From NCBI GenBank assembly GCA_029261035.1, contig JAJDCD010000008.1:300480-364479 (forward strand): DNA of 64,000 nucleotides, in the 5' to 3' direction. Of the stretch, positions 10,386-20,900 are shown in pieces (within the stretch, counting starts at the first letter, position 1; each line of letters starts with the position of its first letter). The DNA is from Candidatus Omnitrophota bacterium. Its GTDB lineage: Bacteria > Omnitrophota > Omnitrophia > Omnitrophales > JACROU01. A program made the position numbers and the translations under genes. The notes beneath the pieces were generated by a model, which was given only the letters and a program-made list of their open reading frames with translations, was not told the DNA's origin and did not search any database.

Positions 10386-10865
10386 TTAATAAACCTTTAC
10401 TCTAAATGAAGTTCCTCTAGCTCCAACAATTGCCGTAGGTGTTTTTACTTTAAATTGGGAACCAGAACGTGTTTTGGTATCAATAAGAATATTACCGATG
10501 GCTAAATCAAGAAGGGTTGACTCTACACCGCTTTTTTCATCAAGAGACAAATCGCTAATCCTTAACTCACTGTTGTTAGCAACTTTAATCATTGAGTTCT
10601 GCCCCACACTCTCAATAGACAAAATAGCGGTTGCATTTGCCGTTGTGCGAACAGCGTCGTTTTGATTTAAAACAACACCTTTACGGGCAACTTTCCAATC
10701 TGTTTTATTTGCTTGAAGATATTCGACGCGGCCATCTACATTAATCACTGTGGCTTGTCTTTGAACTTGTGCGTAGGAAAATGATGGGACTAAATTAACT
10801 AGTAAAAACGCGAGTGCTAAAAAGGATGAAACTTTAAGTAAAAATCCATTTTTTCTTAATGTCAT
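10386..10865 (-). CDS. FecR-domain protein (start probably at internal Met MTLRK…; the ORF extends to 10925)
   Basis: Signal/anchor segment followed by a FecR-like motif (…AIVGARGTSFRVKV). GGAG SD before the internal ATG. Confidence 0.6.
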   Translation of the reverse strand: MTLRKNGFLLKVSSFLALAFLLVNLVPSFSYAQVQRQATVINVDGRVEYLQANKTDWKVARKGVVLNQNDAVRTTANATAILSIESVGQNSMIKVANNSELRISDLSLDEKSGVESTLLDLAIGNILIDTKTRSGSQFKVKTPTAIVGARGTSFRVKVY

Positions 10866-10967
10866 AATTTTTGACTCCATTAAGTTTTGGTCATTATGTC
10901 CTGTAGAAAGAGTTTCGTCCACCAAATTATGAAACTTTAGTAAATAGTTTTGCGATTATAGGACGCT

Positions 10968-12749
10968 CTATTTATTGTCTTCAATACCTTCCTCACCCAC
11001 ACTCCCTTGTGGTTCTTTGGCTGCAAGAACTTTATTTCTACCTGTTTCTTTAGCCACATAAAGGGCATCATCCGCTCTTTTTATAAGTTCTGCTGTTGAA
11101 GCATCTCCTGCAATACAAGCAACACCCGCACTAATCATTACGGTATGAGAAGTATTTCCATCCTTTATTTTATGAAGCTCTGTATTCTTCCTCATACGCT
11201 CAGCAATAATCATCGCTTCGTCTATACCTGTTCCTGGAAGTAAGACAATAAACTCCTCCCCACCATAACGTCCTACGATATCTAACTCTCGAACACTCAA
11301 ACGAAATGTCTTAGCAACCTCTCTAAGAACTAAATCTCCTGTTTGGTGACCATACGTATCGTTAAATCCCTTAAAGTGATCAATGTCTGTCATCACTACA
11401 GAGAATATCTTATCCGGTTTACTTTTTTGTTTTTTAAATTCTGCATCCAAGAATAGCTCGAAATGTCTTCGATTAAACAACCCTGTTAAACCATCCCTTG
11501 TTGCCAACTTCTCCAGACGTTTCTTCTCAACCGCTAAATGAATCTCTGAATAGAGAGTTGCAGAAATAAAATTAAGTAACACAGCTAATACTGGAGAAAG
11601 TATCGCAATCCAAACACCATAAAAAACTAATAGAACAAAACTCCCTAATAGATATAAAACAATCGTAGATAAAACCAGAACAATACTCGTTCCTGTCTTT
11701 TTCCTAAAGATTGCCATACTTGCAAATAACGACAAAACTAAAATAATAACAGCATTCCAAGCCTGACTTACAGGGTATATAAACTTTTGCGTCAAAAGAT
11801 TTTGGATAATATTTGCATGAACCCCCACCCCTGGATAAACTGGCTGCAAAGGAATAATCTTAATATCTGAAAGCCCCAAAGCCGTTAGACCAATAATCGC
11901 AACCTTCCCCTTAAGCTCATTCAAATCAATCATAGGCTCTTCACCCATCTGTTTTTGCTTAAACGCTTGAATAATCTCAAGAAAAGAATAGTGTTTAAAG
12001 GTATTCTTCCAACGCCCAACCCAGTTAATCCAAATACGATAACGGTTATCAATTGGAATAATAATATTGCCCCTTTCTTCCATAGGAACTTCTATCCACT
12101 TCCCTTTCTTAATAATTAAATCCTCAAATAGGACCCCCCATTGATCCAAGCAAGCCTGAAACGAAATAGAAGGATATAATTGACCCCTTTTTTCAATTAT
12201 TAAAGAAAATTGTCTGATAACTCCATCATCCCCAGACTCTATATTGATATGGCCCATTCCTTTAAGCCAATCCCTAAACTGTTTAACGGGTTGATACTGA
12301 GTAGCATAACGAATAACCCCATTTTCTTCAAAAGCCTCAAAAGCATAAGGAAGGTAGACTATCGGGTTTTGTTTTAGAGCGATCTCAAAAAGATTATCTT
12401 CTTCTGGAGGAGAGCTTTCCGTGAATAAAATATCGTAGACAACCTGCTTGACTTCAAGCTGGTTAAGAATAGAAACAATAGCAGCGTGATATTTTCGAGC
12501 CCATGGCCATCGACCAAAAGCCTTAATTCCATCCTCCGCCACTTCAATCAGAACAATTTGGGGATGTGATTGTTGCTCGGGTTTAATTTTTTGGAAGAAA
12601 TCATACGAAAGAAGTTCTAGAGGTCTTAGAAGATGAAACAAAAATAATGAAAGAATCAAAAGACTACCAAGAAACCCAAATACTATTTTTATATCACCAC
12701 TTCGAAATTTCAGTCCCATAAGGTCCTTCACAATGTCACCCTCGAACAT
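10968..12749 (-). CDS. Membrane diguanylate cyclase with periplasmic CHASE2-like sensor and C-terminal GGDEF (GGEEF) domain
   Basis: TM, approximately 300-aa extracytoplasmic region, three TM helices, then RYGGEEF…DHFK GGDEF signature. CHASE2-FecR gene adjacency is a known association. Confidence 0.75.
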   Translation of the reverse strand: MFEGDIVKDLMGLKFRSGDIKIVFGFLGSLLILSLFLFHLLRPLELLSYDFFQKIKPEQQSHPQIVLIEVAEDGIKAFGRWPWARKYHAAIVSILNQLEVKQVVYDILFTESSPPEEDNLFEIALKQNPIVYLPYAFEAFEENGVIRYATQYQPVKQFRDWLKGMGHINIESGDDGVIRQFSLIIEKRGQLYPSISFQACLDQWGVLFEDLIIKKGKWIEVPMEERGNIIIPIDNRYRIWINWVGRWKNTFKHYSFLEIIQAFKQKQMGEEPMIDLNELKGKVAIIGLTALGLSDIKIIPLQPVYPGVGVHANIIQNLLTQKFIYPVSQAWNAVIILVLSLFASMAIFRKKTGTSIVLVLSTIVLYLLGSFVLLVFYGVWIAILSPVLAVLLNFISATLYSEIHLAVEKKRLEKLATRDGLTGLFNRRHFELFLDAEFKKQKSKPDKIFSVVMTDIDHFKGFNDTYGHQTGDLVLREVAKTFRLSVRELDIVGRYGGEEFIVLLPGTGIDEAMIIAERMRKNTELHKIKDGNTSHTVMISAGVACIAGDASTAELIKRADDALYVAKETGRNKVLAAKEPQGSVGEEGIEDNK

Positions 12750-12833
12750 TTTATCGAGGATCTAGATATTAAAGAAAACTGGATTCCCACTTTCACGAGA
12801 ATGACAAAACTAGAGTTTAGCAACCACAGGTTT

Positions 12834-13331
12834 TTATATTTGAGTTCTTAAAAATTCAGAAAGCTCATTATAATTTTTAACTTCAACCGTTGGAACAATA
12901 TTAAGGTTTTTTGATTTCTCATCATGCCGATCACGCCAATGCAAATAAATACTACTTAATCCAGAATCCACAGCACCTTTAATATCCGTATCAAGCCGAT
13001 CACCTATCATAACGACTTCTTCTGGATTTAAATTAAGAGCATCTAAAGCAATCTTATATAATTTAGGGTCTGGTTTAGCTACTCCCATGTCCAAAGAAGT
13101 AATCACACGATGAAAATATTGAGAAAAATTTAGTTGTTCTAAAAGAGACTGAATATCAGCTTCTCTGGAATGAATGGTATTCGACAGAATGATAATAGGA
13201 CATTTAGTAGAAAATTCAGACAAAAAAGCTTCTACGCCCTCCACGATTTCCAAATCCATATCGGACAGTTTTTTACCTTCTTCTTCTACAACAACAGTAT
13301 CTCCGAAATCCATTAAAATTGCTTTTATCAT
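12834..13331 (-). CDS. HAD-family hydrolase (165 aa)
   Basis: N-terminal LMDFGDTVV (DxD motif I). Distal GDRLDTD motif. Confidence 0.6.
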   Translation of the reverse strand: MIKAILMDFGDTVVVEEEGKKLSDMDLEIVEGVEAFLSEFSTKCPIIILSNTIHSREADIQSLLEQLNFSQYFHRVITSLDMGVAKPDPKLYKIALDALNLNPEEVVMIGDRLDTDIKGAVDSGLSSIYLHWRDRHDEKSKNLNIVPTVEVKNYNELSEFLRTQI

Positions 13332-13353
13332 TAAGCTTTCTTCCTCAACAAGG

Positions 13354-13464
13354 TGTCATTGCGAAGCTGCTGACATTTGGGCCGTGGCAATCTCTGACAA
13401 TGGGGGCTTCCCAAGATACCTGAGATTGCCACGACTCTTTTATTCTGTGTCTCGCAATGACATT
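13354..13464. repeat. Dispersed REP-like element, copy A: two units in inverted orientation forming a long palindrome
   Basis: tgtcattgcgaag…cgtggcaatctc // cctgagattgccacg…ctcgcaatgacatt. Same unit as at 28385-28500 and 36567-36616. Confidence 0.8.
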
Positions 13465-13489
13465 CAATAGAAATTATTAAATTCAACTC

Positions 13490-15736
13490 TTACGTTCCGT
13501 TTACTTTACTAAAAATAGATTGATAAAACTCCTGAAAACCTTGCTTCCATTTACCTGCTGAAAAATACGTAAATGCTAATTTCTGCCGAGTTTGCTTTGA
13601 ATTTTTTAAAGCTAAAGCCTTTAAAAAATTCCTCTCTGCCTTATCTGCTTTTTTTAGTTTCAAATAAGCATCTCCCAGATTGACATATGCATCTACATTT
13701 TGAGGATCAATGTCAATTGAAACCAAATAACTTTTTTCAGCTAAAAAATATTTTTTTCCTGCCAAATACACATTTGCAAGTTCGTAATGTGCTAAATTAG
13801 CATTGGGATTAGCATGAATTAATTTGACCAGCAAATCCTCTGCCTTTAAATAGTCTTTTTGCAAACGCAACATCTTAGAAAGACCAACCACTGCTGTTTG
13901 ATTATTCTGATCCCAATCGAGTATTTGCTTATAAATCTTTATCGCTCTCTCTGTATCTTCTTGCTCTTTAGCTATTTCAGCAATTTTGAAATACGCTTTT
14001 AATTGTTTCGGTTTCAAACGAATACATCGATCATATGCCAAAACAGCTTCTTCGGTCTTACCTAAATTTCTCAACGTGTTAGCGTATTGATAAAAATTCT
14101 CCGCAGACTTCGGGTTACTTTCTGTTGCTTTCAGAAATGCTTCTTCTGCTTTTTCTAAGAGCCCTTGTTCTAAATAAATAAATCCCATATCATGATATGC
14201 TAAATCAAAATCGCTCTTTTCTTCAACAATCTTCTGATAAGCCAACAACGCTTCTTCGTACTTCTTTTGATTTAAGAGTTCATAAGCCTTTTCATATTCC
14301 GACTGTACTTTAATCAGCTTATTAAGAGATTCAATTCCAGATAAAATTTCAGGCTGTGCAGGTCGTATTCGGTTTGCTTCCTTGTAATGAAACAATGCTC
14401 TTTTGTATTGTTCTAAATCAGAATAAATAATAGCTAAGTTTAAATGAGCTTCAAAAAAACGAGAGTTTAATTTCAAAGCTTTTTGATATGCGTTCACCGC
14501 TCGAATACTTTCTTGCAACAAGGAGTATGTCCGTGCTAAATCAAAATAATAAATAGGTTCATCCGACTTTAACTTAATAGCCTTTTTTAAACTCAATACG
14601 GCTTCGTGATAATTTGTAAGTCGATTCAACATAATACCAACCCTCCAATAAATACGAGAGTTATTAGGCTCCACTGAAATAGCTTTTTCGTAAAGCTGAA
14701 TTGAGTTTTCAAACTGCCCCTGATCACTATAAATAGTTCCTAAGAACAAAAGCGACGGAACATCCTTGGGGTAACTTTGTATAAGAACATTAAAATACTC
14801 AATAGATTCTTCAATACGGCCCGACTTCTGAAGGATCCACCCTTTCAAATGTTTATACTCCATCTGATCTGGATTTAATTGAATAGCCTTTTCAATACTC
14901 TGTTCTGAAAGACTCCATTGATTCTGATTAAAATAATTTAATGAAATTTGATAATGCGCAACATCCACTTCTGGCATTTTATCTATAATACCCTGATATA
15001 CCTTTGTTGATTCATCTATCTCGCCTTTATTCCTCAACTCTAATGCTTTGTCTAATTTAGACTCAATATGAATTAAATCTTTAAGGGAATTCATCACCTC
15101 TACCACCTCAGGGTGGTTTGGTTCTATCTCCAAAGCTTTTTCGTAATATCTCGTTGCATCGTTAAACAAATTAAGCTGTTCTGAAACAATTGCTAAATTC
15201 AAATACGCTTCATAAAAAACTGGATTCAAATCTAATGCTTTCAAATAAAGCTCTTTTGCTTTTTTAAATTGCTTCTGCAAAAAATACGTATACCCCAAAT
15301 CAAAATAATAGAACGCTTCATTTGGATTCTTTTCAATAGCAATCTCAAAGTTTTTAATAGCTAAATCGTATTGACCAATTTTGTTTTGCACGATACCCAC
15401 ATTTCGATAGGACTCTGCTATCGAAGGATCAACCTCAATCGACTTTCCGAAGCTTTGAAGAGCATAATCCAGCTTACCTATTTGCACTTGCAAAACTCCA
15501 TAGTTTAAATAAACATAAGGATTCACTGAACCTTGCTGCACAATTGCCTGGTATAAGGCTTCTGCTTTTTCCAAGTCCTGAGATCGGTGAGCTGCCAGAG
15601 CTTCTTCTAAGTCTTGATCTTGTTCTGTAATGGAATTTTGGTTCACTTCTTCTTGGGCTAAAACGATAGGACTGCTAAACACATACGCTATTACAAAAAG
15701 TAGGACAAAGAAGATTGAAGGATTAATTCGTCTCAT
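13490..15736 (-). CDS. TPR-repeat protein with signal peptide (748 aa)
   Basis: Signal peptide ending LAQE. Many 34-aa TPR-like repeats (A..Y.KAL.L.P). Confidence 0.8.
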   Translation of the reverse strand: MRRINPSIFFVLLFVIAYVFSSPIVLAQEEVNQNSITEQDQDLEEALAAHRSQDLEKAEALYQAIVQQGSVNPYVYLNYGVLQVQIGKLDYALQSFGKSIEVDPSIAESYRNVGIVQNKIGQYDLAIKNFEIAIEKNPNEAFYYFDLGYTYFLQKQFKKAKELYLKALDLNPVFYEAYLNLAIVSEQLNLFNDATRYYEKALEIEPNHPEVVEVMNSLKDLIHIESKLDKALELRNKGEIDESTKVYQGIIDKMPEVDVAHYQISLNYFNQNQWSLSEQSIEKAIQLNPDQMEYKHLKGWILQKSGRIEESIEYFNVLIQSYPKDVPSLLFLGTIYSDQGQFENSIQLYEKAISVEPNNSRIYWRVGIMLNRLTNYHEAVLSLKKAIKLKSDEPIYYFDLARTYSLLQESIRAVNAYQKALKLNSRFFEAHLNLAIIYSDLEQYKRALFHYKEANRIRPAQPEILSGIESLNKLIKVQSEYEKAYELLNQKKYEEALLAYQKIVEEKSDFDLAYHDMGFIYLEQGLLEKAEEAFLKATESNPKSAENFYQYANTLRNLGKTEEAVLAYDRCIRLKPKQLKAYFKIAEIAKEQEDTERAIKIYKQILDWDQNNQTAVVGLSKMLRLQKDYLKAEDLLVKLIHANPNANLAHYELANVYLAGKKYFLAEKSYLVSIDIDPQNVDAYVNLGDAYLKLKKADKAERNFLKALALKNSKQTRQKLAFTYFSAGKWKQGFQEFYQSIFSKVNGT

Positions 15737-15774
15737 GAAAAAACTTTTCTTTGTTGGTTAAACAGAAAGGAAAA

Positions 15775-16689
15775 CTAATGTGTATGAGCAACAATTAGGT
15801 TAAAAATACCTGAAGGTTCGGGAAATACATGAAACTTCTTGTACCCATACTTAGACAACATTTTCTTTAACGTTTCTGGAGATCTATAATTTAAATAAAA
15901 ATTCATCGTTTTATTTAAAAAACGTTCAATTCCATGCTTGGGCTCATTCGAGCTAATCAAAATAGAACTCGAACTTTGATTTCTAAATTGGCTGATATGA
16001 CTGAATAATTTATCCACCGCCTCATCAGACATATATTCTACAAGACCGATCATTTTAGTTAAATGTGGAGCAATATCTAACTTGTCTTTAACTTCTGTAG
16101 CTTCTGATTGTATAAACTTAACATTTTCATTCAATCCAAATTCCACACTTTTTTTATTTCCGTAATCAATAGCTTCCTGACTTAAATCAAAAAGACGCGC
16201 TTGAATTCCTTTGATATTATCTTTCTCTTTATATATAGACTCCAAAATGTTATTACCCGAACCCGATCCAATAGCGACCATTTCCATAGTTTGATTTTTA
16301 CCATAAACCTGGATGATGTGCTGTAACGTATTAACTACTAATTGCTGCCTATTCCTCAGCGCTTGTGGCCAAGAATTATATCGATTAATAATCTTATCCA
16401 TCCAATTGCTATACTCAACATTATAATGGGTTAACATTGCTTCCCAACTGCCAGGTCCCTCATAAAGACTTTTTATAATGGAGCTTCGTGTGATAAACCA
16501 AAACGCCTTTAATATGGGACGTACCCCCACATAATTCGTGAAAGGATTGAAAATAAATTTCTTCAAAAATTTATCGATTGGATGCACTTTTTTAAGGTTT
16601 AAACCCCTATGATCAAAGTTAAAATCATCATAGCCAATTACAGACTCAGAAGCCTTAATCGTTGAAATGTTTTCTTGCTCTTCAGACAT
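15775..16689 (-). CDS. Putative class I SAM-dependent methyltransferase (304 aa)
   Basis: Gly-rich motif MVAIGSGSGNN followed by an acidic residue, resembling SAM-binding motif I. Confidence 0.4.
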   Translation of the reverse strand: MSEEQENISTIKASESVIGYDDFNFDHRGLNLKKVHPIDKFLKKFIFNPFTNYVGVRPILKAFWFITRSSIIKSLYEGPGSWEAMLTHYNVEYSNWMDKIINRYNSWPQALRNRQQLVVNTLQHIIQVYGKNQTMEMVAIGSGSGNNILESIYKEKDNIKGIQARLFDLSQEAIDYGNKKSVEFGLNENVKFIQSEATEVKDKLDIAPHLTKMIGLVEYMSDEAVDKLFSHISQFRNQSSSSILISSNEPKHGIERFLNKTMNFYLNYRSPETLKKMLSKYGYKKFHVFPEPSGIFNLIVAHTH

Positions 16690-16855
16690 AAAATAGAACC
16701 CTCTCTCTCAATAGAAGACTAAATAGTATTATCGGTTTGAAACCTACTTCTTTTGAGGAATATTGCAATTTCCTAATTATAGCAGTGAAATGCTCGAATA
16801 CAAGGTACGAGTTCACTAAAACCTTTTAGATAAAAGACTTAGAATTAAATTATTT

Positions 16856-17107
16856 TCAACAACCCCTTCTAGACCCGCTAGAAGCCCCTAAACTAAACTG
16901 CCACTTGGGGGACTCTTCTTCTTTTCTTAGCTCAGAAGCATCAATATCAATACGCTCAGGTTCCTCGTTCTGGATCTTTATGAAGATAGGCTTTGGCGAT
17001 GGTTTAGATACAGTAGGCTTATTTACGCTTTTCTGAGGCTCTTGGGCATATAGATAAGGATTATTTAGGGATATCACCATGAATATCAATAACACAAATT
17101 TGCTCAT
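16856..17107 (-). CDS. Small secreted Pro/Lys-rich protein (83 aa)
   Basis: Signal peptide ending YAQE. Confidence 0.4.
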   Translation of the reverse strand: MSKFVLLIFMVISLNNPYLYAQEPQKSVNKPTVSKPSPKPIFIKIQNEEPERIDIDASELRKEEESPKWQFSLGASSGSRRGC

Positions 17108-17335
17108 AAACTAATAGTAACACACCCAACTAATCCTAACACTACAGATTAATTAACTCATAACTCATTTAAATATATATAGTTACATAATATTTAACCC
17201 TTAGCATCCTACTTCCCTTAAATAAGCTTATTCATCTAAGTTATTTCATAGTATGAGTTTAAAGATAAAAATCTTCAAAACTGGCATTTCCATTAAGAGC
17301 TGTTATATTTCTTTTAAGGTGAAAAAGATAAATCA

Positions 17336-17974
17336 ATGATAAAAAGTATTTTTATTCCCGCAATTGTCTTATATTTAGCGATCCCAAAAATCGAGACTTC
17401 AGCTGTAAGCGTACCTCAAATTTCTCAGCTTCAAAAACAGCTCCTGGATCAAGGTCGTGTCCTAGTTGAAGAAGTAGCCACTCCACATAAAAGTGGACAG
17501 ACTTTTAAGGCTATCACTCTGGTTGATGCCAGCGTTAATGATGTATATAAAATTTTAACTCAATTCAAAAACCACAAAGGTTTTATGCCTAATGTAGGTT
17601 CTTCAGATGTTATTGAAAAAAACAAAAAATCTGCACTCATCAATTACACTCTTAATTTACCTTTAAATCAAACAAAGCGTTACCGCATTCAAACCGAATT
17701 TAAGAAACACAAAGATGAAGCATTGATTCAATGGAAAAAATCGGAATGGCCCGAACTAACAGAGAAAGAAACAATTGCAGATACGGAAGGTTATTGGCTT
17801 ATTAAAAATGATCCTCAATTTCAAAACAAAACGCTTTTAATCTACCAACTTTACGCAGATCCAGGACATGTACCGTCTGGATTTAAATGGATTGTAGATC
17901 GCGTTTCCAAACAATGCATTCCAGATACGGTCGCCGCAACAAGAGATTACATCCACAAAAAGTTTAATCGATAA
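17336..17974 (+). CDS. Secreted hypothetical protein (212 aa)
   Basis: N-terminal signal peptide. One of the few plus-strand genes in the first half of the window. Confidence 0.55.
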   Translation: MIKSIFIPAIVLYLAIPKIETSAVSVPQISQLQKQLLDQGRVLVEEVATPHKSGQTFKAITLVDASVNDVYKILTQFKNHKGFMPNVGSSDVIEKNKKSALINYTLNLPLNQTKRYRIQTEFKKHKDEALIQWKKSEWPELTEKETIADTEGYWLIKNDPQFQNKTLLIYQLYADPGHVPSGFKWIVDRVSKQCIPDTVAATRDYIHKKFNR

Positions 17975-17992
17975 GCAAAAGAAAATACAGAT

Positions 17993-20900
17993 TTATGCAG
18001 CGCGGGAAATGAGGAGTTGAGATTCGTTCGCTTGAATTAATGCTAAAAGAGATTCTTTAACAACAGAAAAGAACCCGTCTACTTGTTTTAATCCATACTC
18101 CATCAAAAACAAATTCTTATCTTTAGCTTGAGTGTAAAGTAGAGCTACACCCAGAAGCCCATTGTCATCATTAGGATATCTAAACTTATTACCCCCTATT
18201 AAAGCAAAATCCTTGGAAGGATCTACGGTACGTGAAAGGTGTAAATTATGCTTCGCTTTACGAACTTCTTTAGATGCTTTCTGCTCGCTATGAGAAGTAA
18301 AGTAAATATTAGGAAGGTTAAGTAAAGGGTGTTTGTTGAACGGACTTGCATTTACGACTACCACCTGAAGTTGTTTTTTGTTTCTTAACGCATATTTAAA
18401 TATTTCATCCAGTTGTTCTCGAGAGAAGTTTTTCAAATCTTCATAATTAATAAATAAATTTACTCGCTCTTTAAAAGAACTCAAAGTTGTAATATCCAAC
18501 TTGCTTTGAATCGTTGGCACGACAGCCCCCAAACTCTTCGCATCCGAAAGCCTTCTTTCATTCGGGTGTAATAGTTCAGGAAAATGCTGGCCTAAGTATT
18601 TATACCTATCACTTAGTGGCGCATACCAAACCTTAAGACTTCCATCTTCTGTAGCTGTTGCCAGACGACTTCCATCAGGGCTAAACAAAACAGAAAGAAC
18701 TGGGCTATCATGTACAAGGGGCTCGCCAAGTAAGCGCTGTGTTTTTTCTTTCCAAATACGGACAGTACCGTCATCGCTAGCTGTGGCTACCTTATCACTC
18801 TTAGGGCTTAAGACCGCCGCATTCACAGCTTGATCATGCCTCAGCTTCTTGCCAAAACGACTTGCTTTCTTTGTGTTTCTATATAACTGTCCATAATCGT
18901 TGCTCGCAACTAAAATACGGTTTCCATCAAAATTATAATCTACGTCAGCAACTGCATTTTTGTGTTTTATTTCTTCTCCCACCAGTTCTCCCGCAGCAAT
19001 GTCCCACCGATGTATCGAGTAATCTTCAGTCACGGTAAGCATCTCTGATCCTGTTCTATTAAAACGAACTAAAACCACTTTCTTCTCGTGAATAAAAACT
19101 TTTTCCAATTTCTCCCCTGATTCTCTTTGCCAAAGATAAACATGTTTATTCGATTGACTAAGAGTTGCAACCAACTCCCCACCAGGGCTCATAACTGCAA
19201 AGCTAACTGTTCCAAGAAAAGTCTTAAGTTTCTTAATAATGGGCTCTCCCGTCTCTACATCTAAAATTTGAGCTGCCTTATCTTTGCCATAAGTAACTAG
19301 CTGTAAACCATCTGGGCTAAACCTTTCTCTTCCCCTATTACTAGAAGAAAGCAACCGTTTTACTCCTAACTTCTCTTCCCACAACGAAGGAGATCCCGTA
19401 GCAAGTTCTAATTTTCTTTCTCCATTTTCTCCTGTAACAATTTTTAATACCCCACCCGTTCCCTTGCTTGTTTTCTTAGAGATAGATGCTCGTAACCTTT
19501 CAGATCTAACCATCTTTCTCACAACATTACTTTCCACCAAAAGATGTGATCCCTGTGGATTGAACTCTATATTCGTAATTGATCCATCCAATTTCAAAAA
19601 CTCTCCAACGGGACTTTGTTTTCTTTTATCAACATCCCAAACACGAACATTACCTTCATTGCCTCCTTCAACAATGTGGGTAGCATCTGGATAAAAAGCC
19701 ATTTTTCCTCCACCCCCTGAGCCTGCTTCCATTAAAAACGAATCCTTAACGGGTTGAGACCAATCAAAAACACCTTCAGAATCTATTCTTTGATTAATAA
19801 CTCGTAATACATTTGTTGTTGAAAGCATTTGTTCTAATACTTTTTTATTTTTTGCATAAATTGATTCAAATAGTATTTTCCTTATTCGTAGAAGGTCTTC
19901 TGGCCTAAGCTGGCTGACCCATTCCAACATTTCAGACTCACGAGAAAGACCTAATAGGACAAGTCGTTTTTGTTCTTTGAAATTAGGGTCCGAAAGAGAG
20001 AATGCCAAATCCCACGCTTCACTAAAATCCGGGTTATCTATAAAGGACTCTCCATCCCAAACATACTTACCCGTAGCAGAGTCTTCCTTTGGTTTAGATG
20101 GCACATCCCCTTGTTTATCACTGATAACCATCGTTCTGCCAGAGTCTTTAACTTTCCTAATCTCTACTCTCATAACCTCTACAACACGGGTTAAAAATTG
20201 TGTTGTATTGCTACCTTCATAGATATTTCTTAAATCAATATTCATTTCTGATAAAAATTCCAAAGTTATATCTCTGACACTCGGTTCAAGAGGGGCCATC
20301 ATATCATCCATGCTTCCAAAAATTTGAGTGTTAATGAACAACTCTAGATCATTAGGGTGAACAGCTTTTGCTAACAAATCTTTTGCTAGTTTATGTTCTA
20401 ACGTTTCTCCCTGACTTGATCCTAAAGATTGACCTTCATGTTCTTCTGCTACTCCTACAGCGTCCGAATGTTGCGTCAAAAACTCGGATAAAGGCTGCTT
20501 TGCTAAACGAACAGCTTTAATTTCTATAATTCTGTCTCCTCCTCCAAGCCAAGTAAGTGTGATATGAGTTAAAGGCTTTTCGGATGGAATTAATCCAACT
20601 TGCATTAACTTCCAATAATTATCTCTACCTAATTGAATATTAGCTGAAGCTAAACGAGTATCATAAGAACCTTCAGAATAATTCCATAATTCTAATAACC
20701 ATAAACCACCATCTACTGTCGAAGGGTTTCTGAATTTGATATTTACAAAATTATAATCTGATAAATCTCTCGCCCATTCCAACTTCATCCTTGCTCTTGG
20801 ATCTTCTTGAGAACCTCCTTTATTTTCATAAAAAAGAAGAGTCTCCCTCCCTGGCTTAGCCATTCTTGTGAAGAATTTAGATCCCATAGCCTCATCGTGG

